A DNA stretch of 54,722 nt from Alphaproteobacteria bacterium (lineage in GTDB: Bacteria > Pseudomonadota > Alphaproteobacteria > Rhodospirillales > Magnetospirillaceae): positions 1 through 54,722 of the forward strand of contig JADGAL010000001.1 of assembly GCA_015232025.1 (NCBI GenBank), in the 5' to 3' direction. Shown here piece by piece: positions 39,300 through 46,840 of this stretch. Under the pieces are notes generated by a model, which searched no databases, was not told where the DNA came from, and saw only the letters and a list, made by a program, of their open reading frames with translations. The position numbers and the translations under genes were made by a program. Position 1 is the stretch's first letter; every line of letters begins with the position of its first letter.

Positions 39300-40931
39300 A
39301 TGCCCACGCTCCGCGCCCTCGCCTTCGCGTTGCTCGCCCTGATCGGCCTGACCGGGCCGGTCGGGGCGAAGGACGAGTTGGTGATCGGCATCACCCAGTT
39401 TCCCTCGACGCTGCACCCCTCGATCGACAGCATGATGGCCAAAAGCTACGTGCTGGGCATGGCGCGGCGGCCCTTCACCGCCCATGACGCGCAATGGCGG
39501 CTGGTCTGCATGCTGTGCGTCGAGCTGCCCACCCTGGAAAACGGCCTCGCCAAGATCGAGGGCAAGGGCATCGCCCTGACCTACGCCATACAGCCCAAGG
39601 CGACCTGGGGCGACGGCACCCCGGTGACCAGCAAGGACGTGGTGTTCGCCTGGAAGGTCGGGCGCGAGCCGACCACCGGGCTGGCCAATCAGGAACTTTA
39701 CACGCGGATCACGTCGATCGACGTTTTGGACGAGCGGACCTTCACCCTGCATGTCGACCGCCTGACCTTCGACTACAACGCGATCCATGATCTCGACGTG
39801 CTGCCGGCCCATCTCGAGGCCGAGGCCTTCGCCCGGCCGGCCGAGTACAACACCCGCACCACCTACCAGACCAACCCGACCCATCCCGGACTGTGGTTCG
39901 GGCCGTATCGCGTGGCCGAGGTGTCGCGCGGCTCGCATATCGTGCTGGAGCCCAACCCGACCTGGTGGGGCGCCAAACCCGCCTTCCGCCGCATCGTCGT
40001 CAAAGCGATCGAGAACACCCAGGCCATGGAGGCCAATCTGCTGTCCGGCTCGATCGACATGATCGCCGGCGAGCTGGGCCTTTCGGTGGAGCAGGCGCTG
40101 GCCTTCGAAAAGCGCAACGGCGCCCGCTTCGCCGTCACCTACAAGCCGGCCCTGTTTTACGAGCACATCGATATGAACCTGTCCAATCCCGCGCTGGCCG
40201 ATCGGCGGGTGCGCCAAGCGCTGCTGCTGGGGCTCGACCGCGAGACGATGACCCGCCAGCTTTTCGAGGGCCGCCAGCCGGTCGCCCACGGCATGCTGAG
40301 CCCGCTCGATTCCATGCACGCCGAGGTGACCCGCTGGCCGCACGATCCGACGCGCGCCGCGGCGCTGCTGGACGAGGCCGGGTGGAAGGGCGCTCCCCGC
40401 CGCAACGCCAAGGGCGAGCCGCTGGCCTTGGAACTCGTCACCACGGCCGGCAACCGCACCCGAGAACTGGTCGAGCAGGTGCTGCAAAGCCAGTGGCGCA
40501 AGCTGGGCGTCGACATCCGCATCCGCAACGAGCCGGCCCGCGTGCTGTTCGGCGAGACCCTGCCGCGCCGCCGCCTGTCGGGCATGGCGCTGTACGCCTG
40601 GATCTCCAGCCCCGAGAACGTGCCGCGTAGCACCTTGCATTCCTCGATGATCCCCGCCGAATCGAATGGCTGGTCGGGCCAGAATACCGGCGGCTACGTC
40701 AATCCCGAGGCCGATCGCCTGATCGACGCCATCGAGATCGAGTTGGACGAGGCCAAGCGCCGCGTCCTATGGCGCGCCTTGCAGGAGATCTACGCCACCG
40801 ACCTGCCCGCCCTGCCGCTGTTCTGGCGGGCCGAGGCGCATGTCTTGCCGCTTTGGCTGAAGGGTGTGACGCCGACCGGCCATCTTGGCCCCACCACGCT
40901 GTGGGTCGAGACGTGGCGGCCGGAGGGCTGA
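39300..40931 (+). CDS. ABC transporter substrate-binding protein, family 5 (peptide/nickel type)
   Basis: ATG 39300 with GGGAGG upstream. Signal peptide MPTLRALAFALLALIGLTGPVGA. Family-5 body (LVIGITQFPSTLHP...WGDGTPVTSKDV). Confidence 0.85.
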   Translation: MPTLRALAFALLALIGLTGPVGAKDELVIGITQFPSTLHPSIDSMMAKSYVLGMARRPFTAHDAQWRLVCMLCVELPTLENGLAKIEGKGIALTYAIQPKATWGDGTPVTSKDVVFAWKVGREPTTGLANQELYTRITSIDVLDERTFTLHVDRLTFDYNAIHDLDVLPAHLEAEAFARPAEYNTRTTYQTNPTHPGLWFGPYRVAEVSRGSHIVLEPNPTWWGAKPAFRRIVVKAIENTQAMEANLLSGSIDMIAGELGLSVEQALAFEKRNGARFAVTYKPALFYEHIDMNLSNPALADRRVRQALLLGLDRETMTRQLFEGRQPVAHGMLSPLDSMHAEVTRWPHDPTRAAALLDEAGWKGAPRRNAKGEPLALELVTTAGNRTRELVEQVLQSQWRKLGVDIRIRNEPARVLFGETLPRRRLSGMALYAWISSPENVPRSTLHSSMIPAESNGWSGQNTGGYVNPEADRLIDAIEIELDEAKRRVLWRALQEIYATDLPALPLFWRAEAHVLPLWLKGVTPTGHLGPTTLWVETWRPEG

Positions 40932-40937
40932 CGGCCC

Positions 40938-41882
40938 ATGTTGCGCCACCTCGCCGGTCGAATCGGCCAGTCGGCGGTGGTGCTGCTGATCATGTCGTTC
41001 GTGGTCTATGGCCTGATTGGCCTGATGCCCGGCGATCCGATCGACCTGATGATCTCGTCCAACCCCAAGCTGACCCCGGCCGACGCCGAACGCCTGCGCC
41101 GCGTGTACGGCCTGGACCAGCCGCTGCTGGGGCGCTGGTGGGCTTGGTTGGGCGCCGCGCTGTCGGGCGATTTCGGCCATTCGCGCCTCTATGCGCGGCC
41201 GGTGCTGGAGGTGATGGCGGCGCCGCTGGTCAACACGCTGCTGCTGATGGGCACCGCCCTGACCCTGTCCTTGGCGGTCGCGCTGCCGCTGGGCGTGCTG
41301 GCCGGCACCCGGCCGGGGAGTTGGTTCGACCGCGCCGCCAATCTGCTGGCCTTCGCCGGGATTTCGATGCCGGTGTTCTGGCTGGGGCTGATGCTGATCG
41401 TGCTGTTCGCGGTGCGGCTGGGCTGGCTGCCCGCCTCGGGCGTCGAGGCGGTGGGCGGCGGCGACCGCGCGCGGCACATGGTCTTGCCGGTGCTCACCTT
41501 GGCGCTGGCGGGCATCGGGCAGCATTTGCGCTATATGCGCGCCGCGATGATCGAGACCCTGCGCCAGGACTGGATTCGCACCGCCCGCGCCAAGGGCCTG
41601 TCCTGGCGCCGCGTCGTGCTGCGCCACGCCCTGCGCCACGCCCTGACCCCCGTCGCCACGGTGGTGGCCCTGGAGGCCGGCGCCCTGTTCTCGGGCGCCC
41701 TGATCACCGAGACGGTGTTCGCGTGGCCGGGAATGGGCAAGCTAATCTACGATTCGGTGATGGGCAACGACTTCAATCTCGCCCTGGCCACCCTGCTGCT
41801 GGCCACGGCGGTGACCCTGGCCGCCAACGTCGCCGCCGATCTCGCCTACGCCGCCCTCGATCCGCGGATCACTTGGCGATGA
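40938..41882 (+). CDS. ABC transporter permease (DppB/OppB-like)
   Basis: MLRHLAGRIGQSAVVLLIMSFVVYGLI..., with an EAA-like loop IRTARAKGL. Confidence 0.9.
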   Translation: MLRHLAGRIGQSAVVLLIMSFVVYGLIGLMPGDPIDLMISSNPKLTPADAERLRRVYGLDQPLLGRWWAWLGAALSGDFGHSRLYARPVLEVMAAPLVNTLLLMGTALTLSLAVALPLGVLAGTRPGSWFDRAANLLAFAGISMPVFWLGLMLIVLFAVRLGWLPASGVEAVGGGDRARHMVLPVLTLALAGIGQHLRYMRAAMIETLRQDWIRTARAKGLSWRRVVLRHALRHALTPVATVVALEAGALFSGALITETVFAWPGMGKLIYDSVMGNDFNLALATLLLATAVTLAANVAADLAYAALDPRITWR

Positions 41883-41970
41883 TGAGACGTCGCAACCTTT
41901 CTTCCAGCCGCCATTGCGGCGGCGGCCAAGCGCGCGGCACGCGCGCGCCCGGCGAGGGGCGAACCAAACC

Positions 41971-42870
41971 ATGAGTCCAGGTCGTGCCGCCTTTTCCCGC
42001 TTTATGCGCAATCGCTTGGCGGTGGGGTGCCTGATCCTGTTGGCGGTGCTGTGCCTGCTGGCGGCCGGCGCGCCGCTGATCGAGGCGATGCTGGGCATCG
42101 ATCCCGAGGCGGTCGATTTGATGGCGCGGCTGGAGCCGGCCTCGGCCGCCCATCCGCTGGGCACCGACGAGTTGGGGCGCGACGTGCTGGCCCGGCTGCT
42201 GGAGGGTGGACGGGTGTCGCTGGCGGTCGGGCTGGCCACCGCGCTGATCGCCGCCCTGGTGGGGACGCTGATCGGGGTGGCCGCCGGCTATGTGGGGGGC
42301 GCGCTGGACGCCTTGCTGATGCGTCTGACCGATGGCGTGATCGCCCTGCCGCTGCTGCCGCTGCTGATCGTTCTGGCCGCCGTCGATCCCGCCAAGCTGG
42401 GACTGCCGGCCGAGATGGTCGGCTCGCCCTGGTTCGGTCTGGCGCGCATCGTGGCGATCATCGGGTTGGTCGGGTGGACCACGGTGGCACGCCTGTCCCG
42501 CGCCGCCGCGCTTGGTCTGCGCGACCGCGATTTCGTGCGCGCCAGCCGCGCCACCGGGGCGGGTCCGCTGCGCATCATGCGCCGCCACATCCTGCCCAAC
42601 GTGGTCTCGCCGGTGATCGTCGCCACCACCTTGAGCGTCGGCAACGTCATCTTGCTGGAGAGCGCGTTGAGCTTCCTCGGCCTGGGCATTCAGCCGCCGC
42701 TGCCAAGCTGGGGCAACATGCTGAGCGGGGCGCTGGAACTGATCCACGCCTCGCCCGCCCTGGCGGTGTGGCCCGGCGCGATGATCTTCCTGACCGTGCT
42801 GGCCTTCAACTTCCTGGGCGACGGCCTTCAGGACGCCTTCGAGCCAAGGTCCCCTACAACGCGGCTTTGA
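41971..42870 (+). CDS. ABC transporter permease (DppC/OppC-like)
   Basis: ATG 41971 (MSPGRAAFSRFMRNRLAV). HPLGTDELGRDVLARL, FVRASRATGAG. Confidence 0.85.
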   Translation: MSPGRAAFSRFMRNRLAVGCLILLAVLCLLAAGAPLIEAMLGIDPEAVDLMARLEPASAAHPLGTDELGRDVLARLLEGGRVSLAVGLATALIAALVGTLIGVAAGYVGGALDALLMRLTDGVIALPLLPLLIVLAAVDPAKLGLPAEMVGSPWFGLARIVAIIGLVGWTTVARLSRAAALGLRDRDFVRASRATGAGPLRIMRRHILPNVVSPVIVATTLSVGNVILLESALSFLGLGIQPPLPSWGNMLSGALELIHASPALAVWPGAMIFLTVLAFNFLGDGLQDAFEPRSPTTRL

Positions 42871-43267
42871 GGCGTTCGGCCAGCGCGCCGATCGCCGTCC
42901 GGTCGCCGGGCGACAGCAGCCAGTTGATCGGCAACCGATCGCCCATCGTGCGCGGCAGCACATGGATATGGAAATGCGCCACCGACTGGGCGGCGCCCGG
43001 CCCGTTGGCCTGGATCAGGTTGATGCCGTCGGGCGCCAGCACCGTCTGGATCGCGCCGGCCACCCGCCGCGCCATCAGGGCGGCGGCGGCCAAGCCCTCG
43101 GGCGAGAGTCCGTGCAGATCGGCGGCGTGCTCGGTCGAGACGACCAGCACATGGCCCGGACTGGCCGGATTGATGTCCATGAAGGCGAGCGCCCGGTCGT
43201 CGCGGGCGATCTCGAAGCACGGCGCCAAGCCGGCGACGATCTTGCAGAAGATGCAATCCTCGGTCAT
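42854..43267 (-). CDS. HIT-family hydrolase
   Basis: CIFCKIV..., and the histidine triad VAHFHIHVLPR. Confidence 0.9.
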   Translation of the reverse strand: MTEDCIFCKIVAGLAPCFEIARDDRALAFMDINPASPGHVLVVSTEHAADLHGLSPEGLAAAALMARRVAGAIQTVLAPDGINLIQANGPGAAQSVAHFHIHVLPRTMGDRLPINWLLSPGDRTAIGALAERLKAAL

Positions 43268-44193
43268 GAGCCCTCCAACAAAGCGGCCGACAAGGTGGCG
43301 AGACGACGAAACGGGGATTCTCCGGCGGCCAGGGACAGAGGCCCGGCGCGGCGCAGGCCCTCGCGGCCGAAGCGCTCGCGCACCGCCTCCTCAAGCCAAA
43401 GCCGCGCCTGGGCCAGTCGCGCCGCGTCGAGCCGCCCGCCCTGGCGCAGCCATTCGGCATGCTGGTCCAGCGCGGCGATCAGCTCGGCCACCCCCTCGCC
43501 GCCCATCGAGGAGACCATCAGCACCGGCACGCGCCAGCCCTCCGGCCCGGCCTCGGCCAGGGACAGCGCGCCCAGCACGTCGGCCCGCGCCCGCGCCGCC
43601 GAAGCGCCCATGTCGGCCTTGGTCACCACCACGACATGGGGAATCTCGACGATGCCGGCCTTCATGAATTGCAGCGAATCGCCCGAGCCGGGCTGAACGC
43701 AGAACACCACCGTGTCGGCCACGCCGACCACGTCGGTCTCGGACTGGCCGACCCCCACCGTCTCGATCAGCACCACGTCGTAAAGCGCCCGCATCACCAC
43801 CATCGCCGAGACGGTCAGCGCCGCCAGCCCGCCCAGCCGGTCGCGCGCCGCCATCGAGCGGACGAACACCCCCTGATCCTCGGGATCGGTCGACAACCGC
43901 GTGCGGTCGCCCAGCAGCGCCCCGCCCGAGCGGCGCGACGAGGGATCGACCGCGATGCACGCCACCGTGCGCCCCTGCCCGCGCCACCGCCCGATCAGCG
44001 CGTTCATCAGGGTCGACTTGCCGACGCCGGGCGGCCCGGTCATCCCCACCACCCGCGCCCTGGGCGCCGCATGGGCGGCCGACAACAGCGCCACCGAGTC
44101 CTCGGAATCGGGCGCGGCCTCCAGCCGGCCCAAGGCCCGAGACAACGCCGCCTTGCCGCCGTGGCGCAGGGACTCGAGGGTTATGATGCTCAT
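43264..44193 (-). CDS. meaB: MeaB/ArgK-type G3E GTPase
   Basis: VGMTGPPGVGKSTL P-loop. ETVGVGQSE. VVVTKADM. Its stop overlaps the HIT start (ATGA). Confidence 0.85.
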   Translation of the reverse strand: MSIITLESLRHGGKAALSRALGRLEAAPDSEDSVALLSAAHAAPRARVVGMTGPPGVGKSTLMNALIGRWRGQGRTVACIAVDPSSRRSGGALLGDRTRLSTDPEDQGVFVRSMAARDRLGGLAALTVSAMVVMRALYDVVLIETVGVGQSETDVVGVADTVVFCVQPGSGDSLQFMKAGIVEIPHVVVVTKADMGASAARARADVLGALSLAEAGPEGWRVPVLMVSSMGGEGVAELIAALDQHAEWLRQGGRLDAARLAQARLWLEEAVRERFGREGLRRAGPLSLAAGESPFRRLATLSAALLEGS

Positions 44194-44255
44194 CGGGGCA
44201 TTCTATCCGGGCCGACGGCCGGGCTCCAGCCCGGCCTTGTGACGGTGGATCGCGA

Positions 44256-44270
44256 TGGCATATCATGCCA
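44256..44270. promoter_or_regulatory. 6-3-6 palindrome TGGCAT-atc-ATGCCA upstream of parD (candidate operator)
   Basis: Read directly from the sequence. Ends 25 nt before the parD ATG. RHH antitoxins usually autoregulate through such palindromes. Confidence 0.35.
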
Positions 44271-44295
44271 GACGAGACTTGATCGGAGCGACGGG

Positions 44296-44589
44296 ATGCC
44301 AACCCGCAACGTGGTCCTGACCAACCAACAAGCCGCGCTGATCGAAAGGTTGGTGTCGTCCGGCCGCTATCAGAACGCCAGCGAGGTTCTAAGGGACGGG
44401 CTTCGCCTGGTCCAGAACCGCGAATCGGAGGACGAGGCCCGCTTGGCCGCCCTTCGCGATGCCGCGCGGATCGGCATCGCCGACATCGAGGCGGGACGCT
44501 TCCTCACCTTTGAAACCCCCGCCGATCTGGCCCGACATCTGAACGTGCTGACCGATGAGGCCCTCGCGGGCGACGCGGACCCGGAGTGA
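44296..44589 (+). CDS. parD: ParD-family (ribbon-helix-helix) antitoxin
   Basis: MPTRNVVLTNQQAALIERLVSSGRYQNASEVLRDGLRLV matches the ParD/COG3609 N-terminus. Its stop overlaps the toxin GTG (GTGA). Confidence 0.85.
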   Translation: MPTRNVVLTNQQAALIERLVSSGRYQNASEVLRDGLRLVQNRESEDEARLAALRDAARIGIADIEAGRFLTFETPADLARHLNVLTDEALAGDADPE

Positions 44590-44936
44590 AGAAACGTGTT
44601 TGGCCGATCCGGCTGACCCGAGCGGCGAGCGCGGACTTCCGGAACATCGTGCGATGGACGACCGATCGCTTCGGCCACGCCCAAGCGCGGGCCTACGCCG
44701 CCATCCTGCGGGCCGCCATGGAGGCACTTGCGGAAGGGCCGCGCGTCGTCGGGGCCAAACCCCGAGACGATGTCGGAAAGGGGCTGTTCACCTTGCATGT
44801 CGCCCGATGCGGGAACAGGGGCCGGCATATCCTTGTGTTCCGGCCGAGTGCCACCGAGATCGAGATATTGCGTCTGCTCCACGACGCGATGGACCCGATC
44901 CACCACCTTGCCGGCTCGATGAACGTGGAGGAATAG
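44586..44936 (+). CDS. parE: ParE/RelE-family toxin
   Basis: 116 aa. IRLTRAASADFRNIVRWT...GRHILVFRPSATEIEILRLLHDAMD is the typical ParE pattern. Confidence 0.85.
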   Translation: MKKRVWPIRLTRAASADFRNIVRWTTDRFGHAQARAYAAILRAAMEALAEGPRVVGAKPRDDVGKGLFTLHVARCGNRGRHILVFRPSATEIEILRLLHDAMDPIHHLAGSMNVEE

Positions 44937-44985
44937 CGCGGGAACCCGCAGGCCCCTCGCCGCATTTACCGGACGAGGCAAATGA

Positions 44986-45438
44986 ATGAGGGAGGCCGTC
45001 ATGCTGCCTTCGACCGCGAACCGGGTTTCCGAGCACACCAAGCCGGCGATCAACGAGAGCATTCTCAACGCCACCGAGGCCAGCGTGCGCCATCACGCGC
45101 GCCATCCCGAGACGATCGTCGGGCGTTTGCGCGAACTGGACCAGGAATGGGACATCGAGCGGGCGCTGGAGGCCAATGCCGCCACGCTGGCCCTGATGGG
45201 CGTGGCGCTGGGCGCCACCGTCGATCGCCGCTGGCTGGCCCTGCCCGCCTTGGTCACCGCGTTCCTGTTGCAGCACGCCTTGCAGGGCTGGTGCCCGCCC
45301 GTGCCGGTGCTGCGCCGGCTGGGTTTCCGCACGGCGCGCGAGATCGAGTCCGAGCGGATGGCGCTCAAGGTGCTGCGCGGCGATTTCGACCCGCGGGTCG
45401 GCAGCCGCGAAAGCTTGGTGCGGCGCGCCCTGCACTGA
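44986..45438 (+). CDS. DUF2892 (YgaP-like membrane domain) protein
   Basis: ELDQEWDIERALEANAATLALMGVALG...FLLQHALQGWCPPVPVLRRLGFRT...ALKVLRGDF. Confidence 0.7.
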   Translation: MREAVMLPSTANRVSEHTKPAINESILNATEASVRHHARHPETIVGRLRELDQEWDIERALEANAATLALMGVALGATVDRRWLALPALVTAFLLQHALQGWCPPVPVLRRLGFRTAREIESERMALKVLRGDFDPRVGSRESLVRRALH

Positions 45439-45446
45439 CGGCGAGG

Positions 45447-45798
45447 CTACGCCGCCGACAGCGCGTCCTCCACCGCCTTGGGGTTGCGGCCGATCACCGT
45501 CAGGTAGGCGCGGGCGGCGCGGCAGCGTCCTTGTTCCCAATCCTGAAGCGGGCGCGGTGGAAAGTAGATGGGGGAACACCAAGTACACCAAGGACACCAA
45601 GGAGGCGATTCGCCCGTACCTTGCCGCCGATGGGTCAGTTCATTGGCTCGCCGGCATCAGTTCCCGAATGGCCCGCACGTCCACGTCGGGAACGACGGCG
45701 ACCTCGTGAACCGCCGCGGGTTCAATCTCGCCCGTCGCCATGGCGAGCGCCTCGCCCATCGCGTCCACCAACTCGTCGGCCACGTTCCTTTTGCTCAT
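45447..45798 (-). pseudogene. disrupted XRE/HTH antitoxin gene (two halves in different frames around a 9-mer repeat block)
   Basis: The N-terminal half (ATG 45798, strong AGGAGGAAGGG RBS) gives MSKRNVADELVDAMGEALAMATGE...DVRAIRELMPASQ, then TGA at 45640. My hand translation of 45548..45447 in another frame gives LQDWEQGRCRAARAYLTVIGRNPKAVEDALSAA*, the usual C-terminus of this antitoxin type. The repeat at 45575-45603 lies between the halves. Confidence 0.4.
45575..45603. repeat. solo copy of the (CACCAAGGA)3 repeat arm
   Basis: AA-CACCAAGTA-CACCAAGGA-CACCAAGGA. Same unit, leading AA and orientation as the left arm of the hypD-hypE inverted repeat. No opposing arm nearby. Confidence 0.8.
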
Positions 45799-45926
45799 CC
45801 CTTCCTCCTGACCTTCGCCGCGGCCTTGATGCCCGAGGCGAAATTGGCGACCGCCTTGGTCTGGTCGGGCGTCAAGTCGGCCTGCTCGCCCTTGCGATGC
45901 CACGACGAGACCCTCGCGGGCGAGGC

Positions 45927-46376
45927 TCACGCGGCTTGGCGTTCCCAAACCCCGTGAGCAAGTTCGCGAAAGGTCACGCGATCGATCCGGCTTTCGATCG
46001 CGGCGACCAAGCGCGACGTTTCGACGAATTTGCGCGGGTGCCCCGTCTCCTCCAGGTAAATCTGGCGAAGGGCGCGGTCCTCGGTTGGGGGGATGGCGGT
46101 CTTCAGCCGTTCCCATCTGGCCACGCTTTGGGCATCCTTGCCCAACAGGAAGCCCAACTCGGCTTGGGTCAAGTCGAGCAGCCCGCGAAGGAAGCGAACC
46201 TCCTGGCCGGTGAGCGCGCCTTGGTGGTCTACGATCGCCAAGGCGATCTGACGGTCCAGCGCGTCGGCGCCATCGACCTCGACCGCCGGGCCATAGCCGG
46301 TCTCATGGACCGTGAAGCCATTGAGTATATAGACGTAATCAAGGCCACACTCGATGTAGTGGTGCGGCTCATTCAT
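45927..46376 (-). CDS. XRE-family HTH antitoxin-like protein
   Basis: ATG 46376 (MNEPHHYIECGLDYVYILNGF...) overlaps the upstream gene by 8 nt. HTH LTGQEVRFLRGLLDLTQAELGFLLGKDAQSVARWER. Confidence 0.7.
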   Translation of the reverse strand: MNEPHHYIECGLDYVYILNGFTVHETGYGPAVEVDGADALDRQIALAIVDHQGALTGQEVRFLRGLLDLTQAELGFLLGKDAQSVARWERLKTAIPPTEDRALRQIYLEETGHPRKFVETSRLVAAIESRIDRVTFRELAHGVWERQAA

Positions 46377-46716
46377 CGTCGTCCTCCACCATTCGTCCGG
46401 TGCGTCGCGCCACATTGGTTTCCCAACCATAGCCCGTGATGACCAGAACCCTTTGTTCGAGGATCAGCACGGCGGCGACCTCATGCTTTTCTTCCGACCT
46501 GAAGCGGGTGACGGTCACCCGCCATCCATTCGTCTGCCTCATGTCGGGCGCCGGTCCCTCGGTGATCGATCCACGCAAGAGGCAGTTCTTGATCTCCTCA
46601 CGGGTCAGCGGATTCTTGCCCTGTGCCGGGCTTCGCACCTTGGCGTGCGCGGTCAGGGCCATGGCGCCCGCCTTGACCAGCTCTTCGATGGCGCTTTTCG
46701 CCTTGGCCCGGTCCAT
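46369..46716 (-). CDS. DUF4258-like putative toxin
   Basis: LTAHAKVRS...LTREEIKNCLLRGSITEGP...HEVAAVLILEQRVLVITGY fits the DUF4258 pattern as I recall it. Lower-GC region. Confidence 0.6.
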   Translation of the reverse strand: MDRAKAKSAIEELVKAGAMALTAHAKVRSPAQGKNPLTREEIKNCLLRGSITEGPAPDMRQTNGWRVTVTRFRSEEKHEVAAVLILEQRVLVITGYGWETNVARRTGRMVEDDDE

Positions 46717-46779
46717 CTCGACCCGTCACGATGATAGGTTGCCGTCGGCGCAGGATCAAGAGTCGACACCGGCGCGATC

Positions 46780-46816
46780 AAAATAAAAGCCAGCCTGGAT
46801 CGCTCCAGGCTGGCTT
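46780..46816 (-). terminator. rho-independent terminator after ppdK
   Basis: 13-bp perfect stem (46787-99 with 46804-16) and a 4-nt loop. On the minus strand it is followed by TTTTATTTT (complement of 46780-88). Sits 25 nt after the ppdK stop. Confidence 0.8.
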
Positions 46817-46840
46817 GATTCTCAGTCCCCGTCGTCGCCC

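Noticed and set aside
39300-42870. Calling the ABC system a nickel (Nik) transporter because of its proximity to hydrogenase genes
   Set aside because: The family-5 binding protein cannot be assigned a ligand from sequence by eye. It lies 7 kb and many unrelated genes away from the hydrogenase locus.
44214-44236. GC-rich 8-bp hairpin GGCCGGGC-tcca-GCCCGGCC read as a terminator
   Set aside because: It lies in a divergent promoter region between meaB and parD, with no upstream gene to terminate on either strand. It also has no U-tract.
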